Shown: positions 1 to 11,800 of the stretch, in pieces | How the letters are laid out: each line of letters opens with the position of its first letter | How positions within the stretch are numbered: position 1 is the first letter of the stretch | Assembly: GCA_036172245.1 (NCBI GenBank) | Contig: JAYWIR010000001.1 | Span: 9,238,001-9,302,000 of the forward strand | DNA from: Raillietiella orientalis | Taxonomy: Eukaryota | Length of the DNA stretch: 64,000 bases | Direction: 5' to 3' | The notes under the pieces: model-generated | What the model saw: the letters and a program-made list of their open reading frames with translations, nothing else | What the model was told of the DNA's origin: nothing | Database searches by the model: none | Made by a program: the position numbers and the translations under genes

Positions 1-3000
1 GGATGAAATTTAAGCATCTTTTTCATTTTTATTTATTTACTTCGTTATTTTTTTTAAAAAAGTGGCTCGCAAAATAAAAATTAGATAAATATAAATTGGA
101 TAGTTTGAATACAAATGAAAACAGTTTTCACGAGCGCGATTCCAATTTTAACTTTCAGTGTTGCCGTATTTTTTATTCAGGTCTTCGTGTACCTTATACT
201 CCGAAGTGTACGACAGATAAGTACAGAGCCCAAAGGCTCTGTACTTATCTGTCTTATCTGACAAGAGAGCAGTCAGGTAGCTGAATATGAAATTCCAGTC
301 GTCTGTTTCATAAAAATCAGTTAGTTATTGATCCTCTAATAAGCAACTTACAGAAACAGTGAACTCTCTTTTAAAAAAAAATAAATAAAAAATAATTTTT
401 TTTTTCAATGGAAAAGCGCAGAAAGATAGCAGGTGGATCCGAAATTCGTTCTAGAAACAAAAAGAAAAATTAGGCAAAGAATGCGTAGACCTGAGAGCAA
501 ATAATGCAATTATGTAATATGAGTCCATAAAATCATTTCCCCCTATTTATGTTTTGTTCTTCGTTTCGGCACAGAAATAAATCTGCAAAGGAAACTTTGT
601 CCCCAATGCGCCCTCGTTTTCGTGTGCGCCCACAAAGCAGTTCTAGTCTTGCACCCTTAAAACAAAGACGCCCAAAGTAGTAATAGAGGGGGAGGGGGGG
701 GGAAGGACCTATTATATCCAAGAATACCGGAGCGCGGTGAAAACGGCGTACGAGGCTTTTTGAAATTGGCTTTCGTCATGTAAGCCGAGCGTAGATCTTG
801 TGGCTCGTGTCGCATCAACGCGCATCAGATAAACGCGTACAGCACTCTGACTATGCCGGCGTCACTCTTCTGCAAGTGGCGATTCTGCCAGGAACTCGAA
901 TTCAGTGGTTACCTGTGCAGCTACAACCTTGGCTGATCGTCAGCCTCAGCGGGTGCGCTCACTGCTCCGTTGTTAAGGTCAGGTCCACGCCTGCGTGGTT
1001 GCCCCTGTGAAGGCACGTCAGAGTTCAAATCGGCAGTCTGCTTTTCGGTCAACTTTGCTGGCTAGCTGGTCTTTTAATTTACCTCTTGCACGTTTCCATC
1101 AAGAGCATGTGACCCCTTGATGGCTTCTCAGGCTTTTTTTTTTTTTTTTTTTCTATTATGTCCTCTTTTTTTTTTTCCATCCTGGGCAAGATGAAGAGGA
1201 TAGATTTAAAGACAGCACTGATGGAACCAAAGACGTAAGGAGAAACGAACTTCCCAGATAGGTAGAAAAGGTGGAACGTAGTCTCCAGCGTTTCTATGTT
1301 CGGGTGCAGCTGCACCCACCCAGGGATAAACACAGGATGAATGGGAACTTGCTTCATTATAGAGAAGATTTCCTTTGATGAGGTGGATTGCTTTCTCTGC
1401 TCATTCCAGATTCTCGTTCAACGTTTGCTCCACCGTGTACTTCTGTTTCGAAGTTGAGATGATGACAGCAGTGAACAGATGCAACGAGAGTTTCTAAGTC
1501 GTAAGATTTCCTAGTGACTGCAACTTTTAATTTTTAGAAAAAGCATGCATGGAGAAAATACAGGCATGAAACTCTCGATGCGAATGTACAAGATGCCAGT
1601 TGATTTCTGGGCTCTTTTCTTTCTCGATCTATCAAGAGCTGGATTCCAACATGTTTCTGCAATTTTGCCAATTTGTGTTCCAATCACGACGTAAAAAAGA
1701 AAAATGAATAATAAAACAAAATAAAATGCGTTTTGTCCGTCGTCTGATAACTTTGGATTCGTTTTTCTTTACCGTTTGTTTTCCTTTCTTTGCCATCCAG
1801 TTTGCAGGACAAGACAAGCTGGCAACGAATTGGAATCATTGCGAGACAAAACCTTCCTTTTTCCGGAAACGCAACTCGGGGTCAAGATTACCTACGTGAA
1901 AGTCAAGATTTCCCTGGCAGCACCAGGTGACTTCAAGCAACTTTTTAAAACACGCGAATGAGCCCCGAATTTATTCAAGTGGATGTTCCACGCATCTGTG
2001 TGAATTCAGAAGTGATCCGCAGTATTGCCAGTACGTTGAGAAGAGCAGCGATACGATTATTTCTTGCAAGCTGGGCAATTTTTTTTCCTTGCATGGCTGC
2101 TCTCCCTGCCAGGTGGTAAGCCATGTGTAACTTAGCAGATTCACTTTGATTATTCGATTGGTCCACCGAGAATGGGATTTTTCCTTGAAAACAACGCCAG
2201 AATACCAGTGGATTCACGGCGGTTCGCGATCATGGTTCCCAAACGTGCAGGTTCTCATTTTCCGTGCCATCATAGTGTCATCAATGAGAATCATTCGGAC
2301 ACGTCTTCGGCTTAGGGATCCAGTCTCTTACCTGATTATCGACATTTCGAAGATGCATGCAAAAATGGTAAGAGCACTTTTGATCTTGCTGAATGGAATG
2401 ATCCGATTTTTTTTTTTTTATTGTCTTTTATGAGAAAGTATTTTGAGTAAATGGCAAAGATACATAGAACGGTAAGAATCACCAACATTGGTATCATACA
2501 TACTTGTGTGTGTCCTACTGAGATTCGCGAGTTCAATCTCGCCGTGAAGAGGTGTTTCGTTATCCTTTCTCCTGCAAATAATCTTTAAGGTCTCTGTCCA
2601 CTTATCACCAGGGACTTTCGATGAGCATCAGAGTATCAGATTGAACGAATTCATCGAACGGCCTGGAAGCTTAGAATATTTCACAAGTCGTGATTTCCAG
2701 GGATTTCCAAAAAAACTTCTCGATTCCCTACTTTTCTCTCTCTTCTTTCTTGAAGGAGTTGTAGTCATAGCCTTGTAAGTTGTAACGGGGTCAGCAATGA
2801 CCCGCCAGTTTTTTTTTTTTTTTTTTGCCATCTCACAGAGTGTCAGGATGCGAGGCTGATAGTTTCTTACGAACGAATGGTATTTCGTGAGAACGAATGG
2901 TATTTACCAATGGTACAGTTAGGCAAGCGCGATGTGCATTTCCGCCTTATGTACAGCGTACGGTATTTCGAAACCACCCTCATCCTTTCTCACTACCGCT

Positions 3001-5841
3001 GGGAAGCTATGCCGTAAGCAGAAGTCCATTGATTTGCAAAAGTTCGTTTTTCACTCTGTGGATCCTTTCATCCTGCCAAAAATGACATCCAACAGGTGAT
3101 TAAAATAGGCATTGATCTTTTATGTGCGTCAACTTGCATCCTCAATTCGCGACTTAGGCTTTACATTGCAGGAAATCACGTGACGAATGCAATTAGTGGA
3201 AGAAACCGACCACCGACGCATTCTGTGTAGCTAGATAATTACAATACAGACAGCATGTATCAACGAAATTAATTAGGCAGCATTTTTAATTATCAGAGAT
3301 TCATTCGATTTGTTTCTTTTTTTGAAAGATGAACTGGAAATGGGGTTTTAGTTCCGTTTTTAGGGGCGTCTCATTCCAATTTTTGGGGGGCAGACGACCT
3401 TTTTCCCACTGACATCACTACTCCCACACATCACATCCTCACTGTACTTTTCCAGAGAAATGAAAAGGATAAGAAGTCATGACGAAAAACGATCCTTCCC
3501 CACTCCTTTTCAGGCGCCGTTTCCTCCGTGCTGCAAGAAGGGAACTCGAACGTTTTTGCTTTCACCTCTTTCTTAGAGATCGTTACTCCGCCGGATCCAA
3601 TTCCGTCGAGCTTCCTCGACGATTTTCACGGGAATGAGCCCGAAATCCACGCAAGCTGACTCCTAACGTCTACGATTCCGTGGAACAACGTTTCTTTTTC
3701 GTTGTTTACGGAGGCTGCTACCCGAAAGCTCGATCCCCAAGATAACACCTCGAAGCCTTCCTCTTGCTTCTCCCTTTTCGTAACCACGGCAACCTTGCTT
3801 GCTCGAGGTTTCTCCCCGACCCACAAGATTATCACGCCCATCCGGCTGATCCTGAACGCGAAGGAAAAGACCCAAGACTTCGTTAAGAACATCCCACTGC
3901 ACCGAAAAATCAGATAATTCTATTACAAATTCCTGAGGCTCATAATTGCCCAAGATGCGTGGTTCGGTGCTTGCAGCAATGACAACTCTCATCTTCTATA
4001 CAAGGATGCGTGTGCCCTCCTACCTGTCAGTTAGGAACCAGCAGATGAGTGAATCATTCTCGGTCGGATGCAAAAGGGTGATGCATCCCATGCTTGAGCG
4101 AATGGTTCGTTGGAACGGTTCTTCGAAAATGCCAGGAATCCGCAGAAGGTAAGAGAATCCGTTTGTCCTGCTGGACGTGCGAGACTCACGCAAAATGAGT
4201 TTTCCTCGTTTTGCTCGGATTTCCCGAGAATGTTCTTCAGACGAAGCAAGAAAATGCGAGTTTTCCTGTAAAAGACAAGCGGCGCATCACTGAAGACGCT
4301 TTTCCCCCCTCATTGAGGGCGCGAACGTTAGGAGTCACGAGCAAGTTTTCCCGTCAAAGGAGGGGCGCCTGCGTCTCGAGCCCTGAAAAATTCGGATCTC
4401 GCTTCCAGATGGTGGGAAAGGGTTAAGAACCTGCGTAGGGAGGACTTGAGCACGGAAGAATGAAGGAAACCTTACTTTTGGTTGGCAAGCAGTTGTCTCA
4501 TGATGCTGCCGTGGTGAATCCGTTCTTTCTGAAGCTTTCTTCAATCCTCTTTGACTGGAGGCGTCTTTTTCTTTTCTTTTTTTCTTAATAATAAGTTTCT
4601 TAACTTCTCCGGAGGTGCAACGTGTGAAGTACTTGATGTTTTGATTCCCTATCATCCAATCGTTTTGCACACTCGCAGTTTGAGGCTCTTTGCTTTGGGA
4701 ATGTTTGATGACGACCGCTCAGTGAAAATTACCATTCCTGAAGCTCTCTTTTGCGGTTGTACATTGCCGCTCTTTCATCGCAGCGATAGTCATTCCTGTG
4801 GCAGAATTCATTACTTGGAAAGGATGAGAATAATCAGGGGAGTCACATAACCACCCTCTGTAAAGCAAACCTGATTCATGATGCGTCTGTACTGCCAGCA
4901 TCACGACGAAACCTTGAATTCAGCAAGCCCCCAAGGAACAGTGGGCATTGAATGAAGCATCAGCATTTCGGCAAAGTCCATTAACATTTTACACAACAGC
5001 GAAGTCCACACAGTTCAACAAAACCGAACCGGGAGAATGACTCGTTTGCCCTAACTCAGAAGAGTACCAGGATCATTCTTAGCATGATTTCCGTCGTTCA
5101 AATCCAGAACCACCACCATCATAGGACGCCACGTGCAACTGTGGTTGCAGTGACACTGTACCAGAATAATGGTTGAGTCGTAGTTGCGGTTTTTTACCAT
5201 GTTGCCGAAAGCTGCGGCAAACGAAGCTTTCCTACGGCAAGAGTTCATGGTGACGGGAAAACCATTGAGACTGAATGGAAGTGCTGAAACGGATGTGGTG
5301 AGGAACGAATGATTCGAGCAGTCGGCATATAAAATCCTGGCAAAGCACTCCTTTCAAAAAGGAACGCTTGCAAAGGGGCGGAGGTCTTGAAACCCAAGAG
5401 AGCCACCACTTGACAAACCACGAGCATGGCGCATCGAAAATTGTACGCCATTCTGGAAGTTTATCGGTTATAAGAGAGGATTTATAAGGTATGCCAGGAG
5501 TCTTCATGACGCTTCCCGCTCAAAGTCAGGATGTTTGATGACAAGTGGGGCAACGAACATTCCTATTCCTGGACCTCCCCTTTTGCGTCTCAGGTGGCAC
5601 CGTGCTTTCGTGATTTTCATTTCCTTTTGCGGTGCCAAATAATACGAACAAGCGGGCATGCCGTCCAAGAGATGGATGCAGATTTGTCTCTGGGAAATGA
5701 AGATGCCATAGGATTTATGAATGCGTAGATCCAGTGTTTGGATGAATGTTTGGATTCTCTTGTCTTCTAGATTCTCCGTTGCCATGGCTGACTAATAACG
5801 GGGGCTCACATAGAAAGACAGTTCTTCCTACTCCGCACAGC

Positions 5842-8800
5842 ATGATGATTGCCATTCTCTTCTTACTGCACATCATCTTCAAAAGGATTCATTCGCAAGG
5901 TATTCGCTTGTTTTTGGGGTGTCAACATCGAGGCAGATCTGTGCATTTATGTGGACACTCCCAGATTAACTTCGCTACTTACTGTGATTTTTTGAGAAAC
6001 ACTGCAAACATAGAGGGAATGGAAACTGTTATGTACTTGGATAATTTTTTTTTTTTTGCTCACATTCCTATTACAAGCTCGTGCATTTATATCTCTGTGA
6101 ATTAATTCGCAAATCAGCTTTTGCTATTGCATCGATTCCAAGAGGTCATCGAGCAAATCAGATGACCTCGTTTTGCAACGTGAATCGAAAGTATGCATTA
6201 AAATTGGAAATGCAGCTATTTTTCGAAAAACGAGGAAAGGGAAAAATCTAAGCGAGTGCCACGCTTGCACTCCACTGGATTGCATGGGAGGTCTGGGGGA
6301 AGGAAACGACGTAGGAGTCAGTTCTTTGGGTGGTGAGAAGTGCCACACGTACGGGTGATCCAAAAGGGGGAAAGAAGTGGAAAATAGAGTGAGTAAGGAC
6401 CAGTGGACATCAGCGGACTCACCTCCGTGGTTGAGTCATGCAATGTGGTCTCGGGGCATCTCAAAGGTGTTGAGGAAGTTGGTCTAGTTTTGGGAGAAGA
6501 AGCGCTTCGTTGGAAACGGAAGGAAGGAAGGCTTCGTTCCCCGTTTCTTGCAGCACACTTCATCGACGTGAAAGGAATGAACTTCGCGGATCCACGCAAA
6601 CAACAGGCAGTTTCAGAAATTCCATTCCAAAGGCAGTAGAAACCCGTTGGCGAAACTGACGGGACAGTGGAAGCGGGAAAACGGAAAGAGGAGTCCGCCG
6701 AAACAGGAGCAGAATATCCTGCTACAGAGCGTGCAACCTTTTTATCGGGATTCCTGGATGTGCAAGTTTGGGAATGTTCTCCAGGGATGCGCGAAATCCG
6801 CCCGAATGGACCTCCGAACGAATACTCGCGAGCAGCTGGCTTCTTTGCTGACGCCAGAGATCTTCCTTAGCGCGACCTTGGTATCTGGGCTTGGCGTAGT
6901 TGTGAAGATTCTCCGCCATGAACCATCCACAGGCTGTTTCTAGAAATAGCATGGGTTGTGGATGGTGCACTGAAACACTGTGGACCGCGAATTCCCTCTT
7001 GTCCTAATTGTGGGATTTCTTTCCACCTTCACCTGCAGCTTTGAAGTCTCTCCGAGATTTGGAACCCCGCAGCGGTCTTCGGATTCCGAGGGAGGAAAAG
7101 ATAATCTTCCTGAGGAAGGATGGACCCCCTCCTCTGCCGTCACCATGTATGAGCTTTCTCGTGCGGGCTGCAGGAATGGCACGCACGTCGACGTTTCTTC
7201 CCTGGAAGCAAAGCAGGACGAAGCGAAATGCAAGGACGCACTTCCATGTGGACTTTGCAGAGATGCCGCGGCGGACTTTCGGGTCAGTGCGGAAATGCTG
7301 GCACGAGCGACGGTGAACCCAGCCTCGGTAGATTTTCCTGGAGTGACCGGAGAGATTGGATCGGAACGCTTGTCTTCGCTTGCTGCAAGCGTTGAAAGAC
7401 GGCGAGGGTCGCGTTCCGGAGACGTCTATTCCCGTGTTCCGTGTTTCGGTAGCGCACGAAGAAATGCCTTTCCGACGCCCTCGTACAAAAAAAAAAAAGC
7501 ACACAAGAAAACAAATGGGCAAACTCTTGTAGATCCGGAAAGGCCCACTTTCTAGGAAAGTGTTTTTTTTTTTTTGGCTATCCGCTTGGACGAGAATTCC
7601 GATGAAAAATTACCAGGGAGTTCCCCGAACAGTTCGCAGCATTCCGATTTTACGGAGGTTCCCTCCCATTAGAGAAGAGTCTCTGGGACGCGCCGCCTCC
7701 CCAGCGCTTCCCTTGGATCTGAAACCCTTTGCAACGACTCTTTCACTGGACCCCGTTCCCTAGGGATGCGTTCCGAACCCGGCGCCGTATTTTGCTCCCT
7801 GACGACAGTTTCTTTTTCATGTCCTGGTCAAGACAGCGTTGGCGGCTCTCATGGCTGAGGTCTCCGCGCGTTGCGCTGAGCGTCGCGGGTTCGAATCCCG
7901 CTCGGGGAAGGGGCGACGCCGAGAAAGGGGGGTGCGTCGAACGCGGGTGAGTTCGAGTCCCGCCCGCAGTATGGCGCTGGTTGGTCAGGTGCGGTTCTGG
8001 CGGGTGGCAGATGCTTCCGGATGCCCCCTTTGACTGGCCTTCGGGATTGGAAGTGGACTCTCCGGGGTCTCTCCCAGGATTCAAGGAGCTGGCCCCCTTC
8101 GGGGTTCACCTCCACCGCGTGCCATGGTTGATACCCCCCTTGTGGAAGAGGATTTCTCGTAAGAGTGTCAGAAGTGCGCCGCTGCCTTCGGGGAATGCCC
8201 TTCAGAGAAATTGGGAAGCAACCTTTCGGGGTTCTCTTCGGAGGAAGAGGAAACAGGGAGCGGTTCTCTTGTGGGTGCTCTCAGGAGGAGACATTCCAGA
8301 AACTGATCTTTTTTCCGAAAAAGAAATAATGTAGCGGCTCCCTCTGGGGGTTCCTTTAGAGAGACTAAAAAAGAGGATAAAGAGGATCCCTTAGGGGTTC
8401 CCTCCCAAGTGTGAGAGGAACAGACTCCTTCCGCCAGGACCTTCCTGATTCATAGGGTGGTGGCCCCTCCCGGAGTGACCCCTAACCTGCAGAGCTGACG
8501 CGCAAACTCGTGTGTCGTGGGCAGCGTTAAGTTCCTAGGCGACACGGGTCAGGGAGGACCTTTCCGGAGCGTGCAGTGTCCATCTCCTGAGGCACCTGCG
8601 GGTCGCGCGTTCTCTCACTGAGTGCGTCCCGCAACCCCCCGGGCAACGGAATTGGGGGCGCAGCCGCCGTCGTGATCACTGAGGGACGCACGCGATGGGA
8701 TGATGGTGGGAACCCAGGGAGGGTCACGCGAGAAGCGGGGGTTCGTTCGGGCTCTGCGCATTTTTCCCCTCTGCGAGCGAAGGGGAGCGGCCACATTTTT

Positions 8801-11800
8801 CTGACCACGAGTAGGAAGAATGAGGGCACTCGTGAGGCGTGAGGCGCAGGAGGGGGTCCTCCGAGATCTTGACCCTGCGGTCAAGCCGGCAGCAGCAAAT
8901 GGGACGCCTTCCTGCTTGAGGTGTTTTCGAGGTCAGGGTTGTGCTCTACCCACGACGCGGAGTCTACACCAGAAACAGGTGGAGGGGCATCAGAAACACA
9001 GGAAAGGGGAAAGAAGATGAAAATGGACCGTACGTGCGTCTGAGACAGAGAGGCAGCCGCCGCATCGGTGGCGAGTGGGGCCTAACGAGGCTCAAAGCAG
9101 GGAGGGAAGCTGGAAGCCTTCTCAGTTGCAGCGGACCGATCCCGGGAGTCGGTCGAGGACTCTCTCAGGGCACTTCGGAAAGAAACCGAGCCGGCAACCG
9201 TCCGAGGATCCGTGGCGACCTCCCCAGGGTCCTCGGACTCGAAAAGTGGGAGAGTCCTACGGGAACCTGCGACCTCCTTCCTCGCCTCAGGAAATGCCTG
9301 GAGGCGATGCGCGTGCGGGCCGAGAACGTGCGGCTGTACCCGCCGTTTGGGCCATCGACCAGACGGAGCTGCTGGAGAAGGAAGTCCTCAAGAGGGAGCG
9401 GCAAGCGCCGCAGCAGCCTCCGTTTCACTAGGCGCCCACGCGAGCAGCGCCCGCCTGAAGAAGATCGCAGCACCCTGGAGGCTCGGTCGGCGGGAATACC
9501 CTGTTGCGGAAGGGTCCGGGGAGATGGGAACGGTGGCAGAGGCACGTCTTCCGAAGAGAATATCCTCACAGCCTCGTGGCCGGCCTGCCGCATCCCCTGC
9601 AACCACGGCCCGTTTTGTAGGCACAACTGAGGGGAGCGCAGCTTCCTGTTTCGCCACTTCCCTTCCAGCGTTCTCCCTCCCCCCTCCCTTTTGTTTTCCC
9701 TGGTTCGCAAGGAGTGCTGAAGAACCGGTCACCACCTAACGGGGGGTTCACGGAGCTTTTCAGCACTGTTCCACGCACCAGAGGGTACAAAACAACTCTT
9801 CAAGTTTGGGGATATCCCGGGAGGAAACCACCCTATGCACTCAGGAAGGTGTTTGGAGGAAGCAGTCCGTTCCTCTTACTAATGGGAGGAAGCCCCGAAA
9901 GGAACCTCTCCTGTTTGTCTCCAAAGATACCCCCGAAGGGCGCCAACCATCATTTCCTCTCCGAAGGGAAGCCGGAAAGGATCCACTCCCAGAATCTCCC
10001 GAATCCATTTTCTTCCCTGGAGGGAACCCACAGGGGACCGCTCCTGTTTACTCCTCTGAAGAGAGTCTCGAAGGGACAATTCCCAATTTCTGTGAAGGTC
10101 GCTTCCCGAAGGGAACAGAGCGCTTCTTGCACTCTGGAGAGGCAACCCCTCAAGGGGGGTATCAACCAGCTCCATGGTAGGCGGTGCAGGGAAACCCTGA
10201 AAGGAAGAGGCTCCCTGATTCCTGGAACGATCGCAGAGGGTCAACTTCCAATCCCGACCAGTCAACTGGGACATTTGGCTTCCACCCAAATAAACCAACC
10301 AGCGTCATCTTGCCGGGAGACTCGAAACGCACGGTGTACTCCCCGTTCTCGGCAAAGATCCTTCTCCGGGAGGGATTCGAACCCGTGATGCCTGGTGCTG
10401 CACGCGGAAGCCGCGGCCTTACGGGCGGTGCCAGCGCGGACCTGGAAGAGGGTAGGCAGGGCTCAGTAAGGATGCTGAGCTGGGTGCGGCGAAGGAAAAA
10501 AGGTGACCTAGGTGACTGAGGGTGGCGGCGCGTGGGGTAGCGGTCGAAGGGCAGGCGAGGTCGCCTGCAACCGCCCTCGTTTCTGCCGCCGTCCCGCCCT
10601 CGGTCATCTGTCATCCGCGCCGACACGCGGCCCGATAGAAGCGACCCGCGAGTGCGCCCGCCGCCATGCAGCAGTCCCCCTCCCCCTCCGTTGCATCTCC
10701 CGGTCCAGCGAGCTATGTCGCAGATATGAAGTGTCACCTCCGCGACGGCCGGTCCGCCGTTACCTTCCTGGTCAGCGAAGAGACCCCTCCGGAGAGCGTC
10801 ATCGGCGAGATCGGAGTGATCGGCGACCCGCGCGCCGAGGAAGGGGACATCGTGCTGACCCTGCAGGACGAACACGCCCCTTTGAGGATCATCCCCGGTA
10901 CGAAGAGGATAGCCCTGACACACCAGCTGGACAAAGAGGTACGGGAGGGAGGGAGCCATCCAGGTCACTCGGTCCCTTTTCCGGGTCTCGGCCTCCGAAA
11001 GAGCGATGGAGAAGGGGGCGGCAGCTGCTGCCACCTGCCGGAAGCTCTTGGCGGCGCCGAACCAGAGAGCAGGCGACGCAGCGCGCTCATGCGCAGACCC
11101 GGGCTCGCCTTGGAACGCGGCGACGGCACGCACGCTCCCGAGTGCCGGCAGCTCCGGCGCGACCACCCCCTCTCCGCCTCCTCTCCCGCCCCATCGCTCC
11201 TCCACACGGGTCTTCCCGCTTCAGGCAGGCGGGAGAGCTCAGAAGGCCTCGCCCAGCTTGCCGGAGATGCAAGTTTCCGGGAGAGCTGCCTCTGGAAGGG
11301 GGTCGATGGACGGAGAGCAGTCCTTCAGGCTGCCCGCGTCCGGGAGAACCGGAAGAAGGCTGCGCTCCCGCTGTCTCTCCCTCCCGGAAGGCGCTCCGAG
11401 AGATCCCGGTGGAGGGGAGTTTCCTCTCCCCCCCCCCCTAGGAATTCCAGGGGACCCCTGGTCGCTCCAGGAGTGACTCGCCCCAGCTTCCTTCTCTTCC
11501 AGGGCGTGGAGGGCCCCTCCCACGTGTCGACCCAGGTTTCCTGCTCCCGAGTCCCGCCGGAACCCCAGGTAAGCGGGCTTCTCTCCGCCCCTCGGGACCT
11601 GCGCAGCTGTCACTCCCTCCCGCCCCCTCTCTTGGGCGGTTGTCGCGGGATCGTTCGGACCGGAGGACGCTTTTTCAGGAAGTGCCGACGGTAACTTCCT
11701 CTAATGGGGACGACGGGAACGAGTTCCGGGAAGAGGGAGACTGGGAGGGAGCTCCGAGGGCGGCGCTGTCCCGAGGCGGTTGAGAACCCACGAGAGGGGT

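Noticed and set aside
2871..2905. GAACGAATGGTATTT repeated twice (similar pair near 47001-47031)
   Set aside because: Simple local tandem duplication; two units only.
5790..5812. ACGGGGGCTCA resembling RNase MRP CR-V
   Set aside because: No matching GAAAGTCCCC CR-I upstream.
7837..7905. Functional tRNA genes at the GGTTCGAATCC motifs (also 10373, 14831, 53078, 61910)
   Set aside because: No complete cloverleaf or consistent anticodon, and each continues into a shared repeat body; treated as SINE heads.
10050..10080. Hammerhead-like CTGAAGA...CGAA in the SINE antisense strand
   Set aside because: GAAA core and stems I/III are not conserved across copies. The same applies to the CTGANGA hits near 13535, 13660 and 17423.
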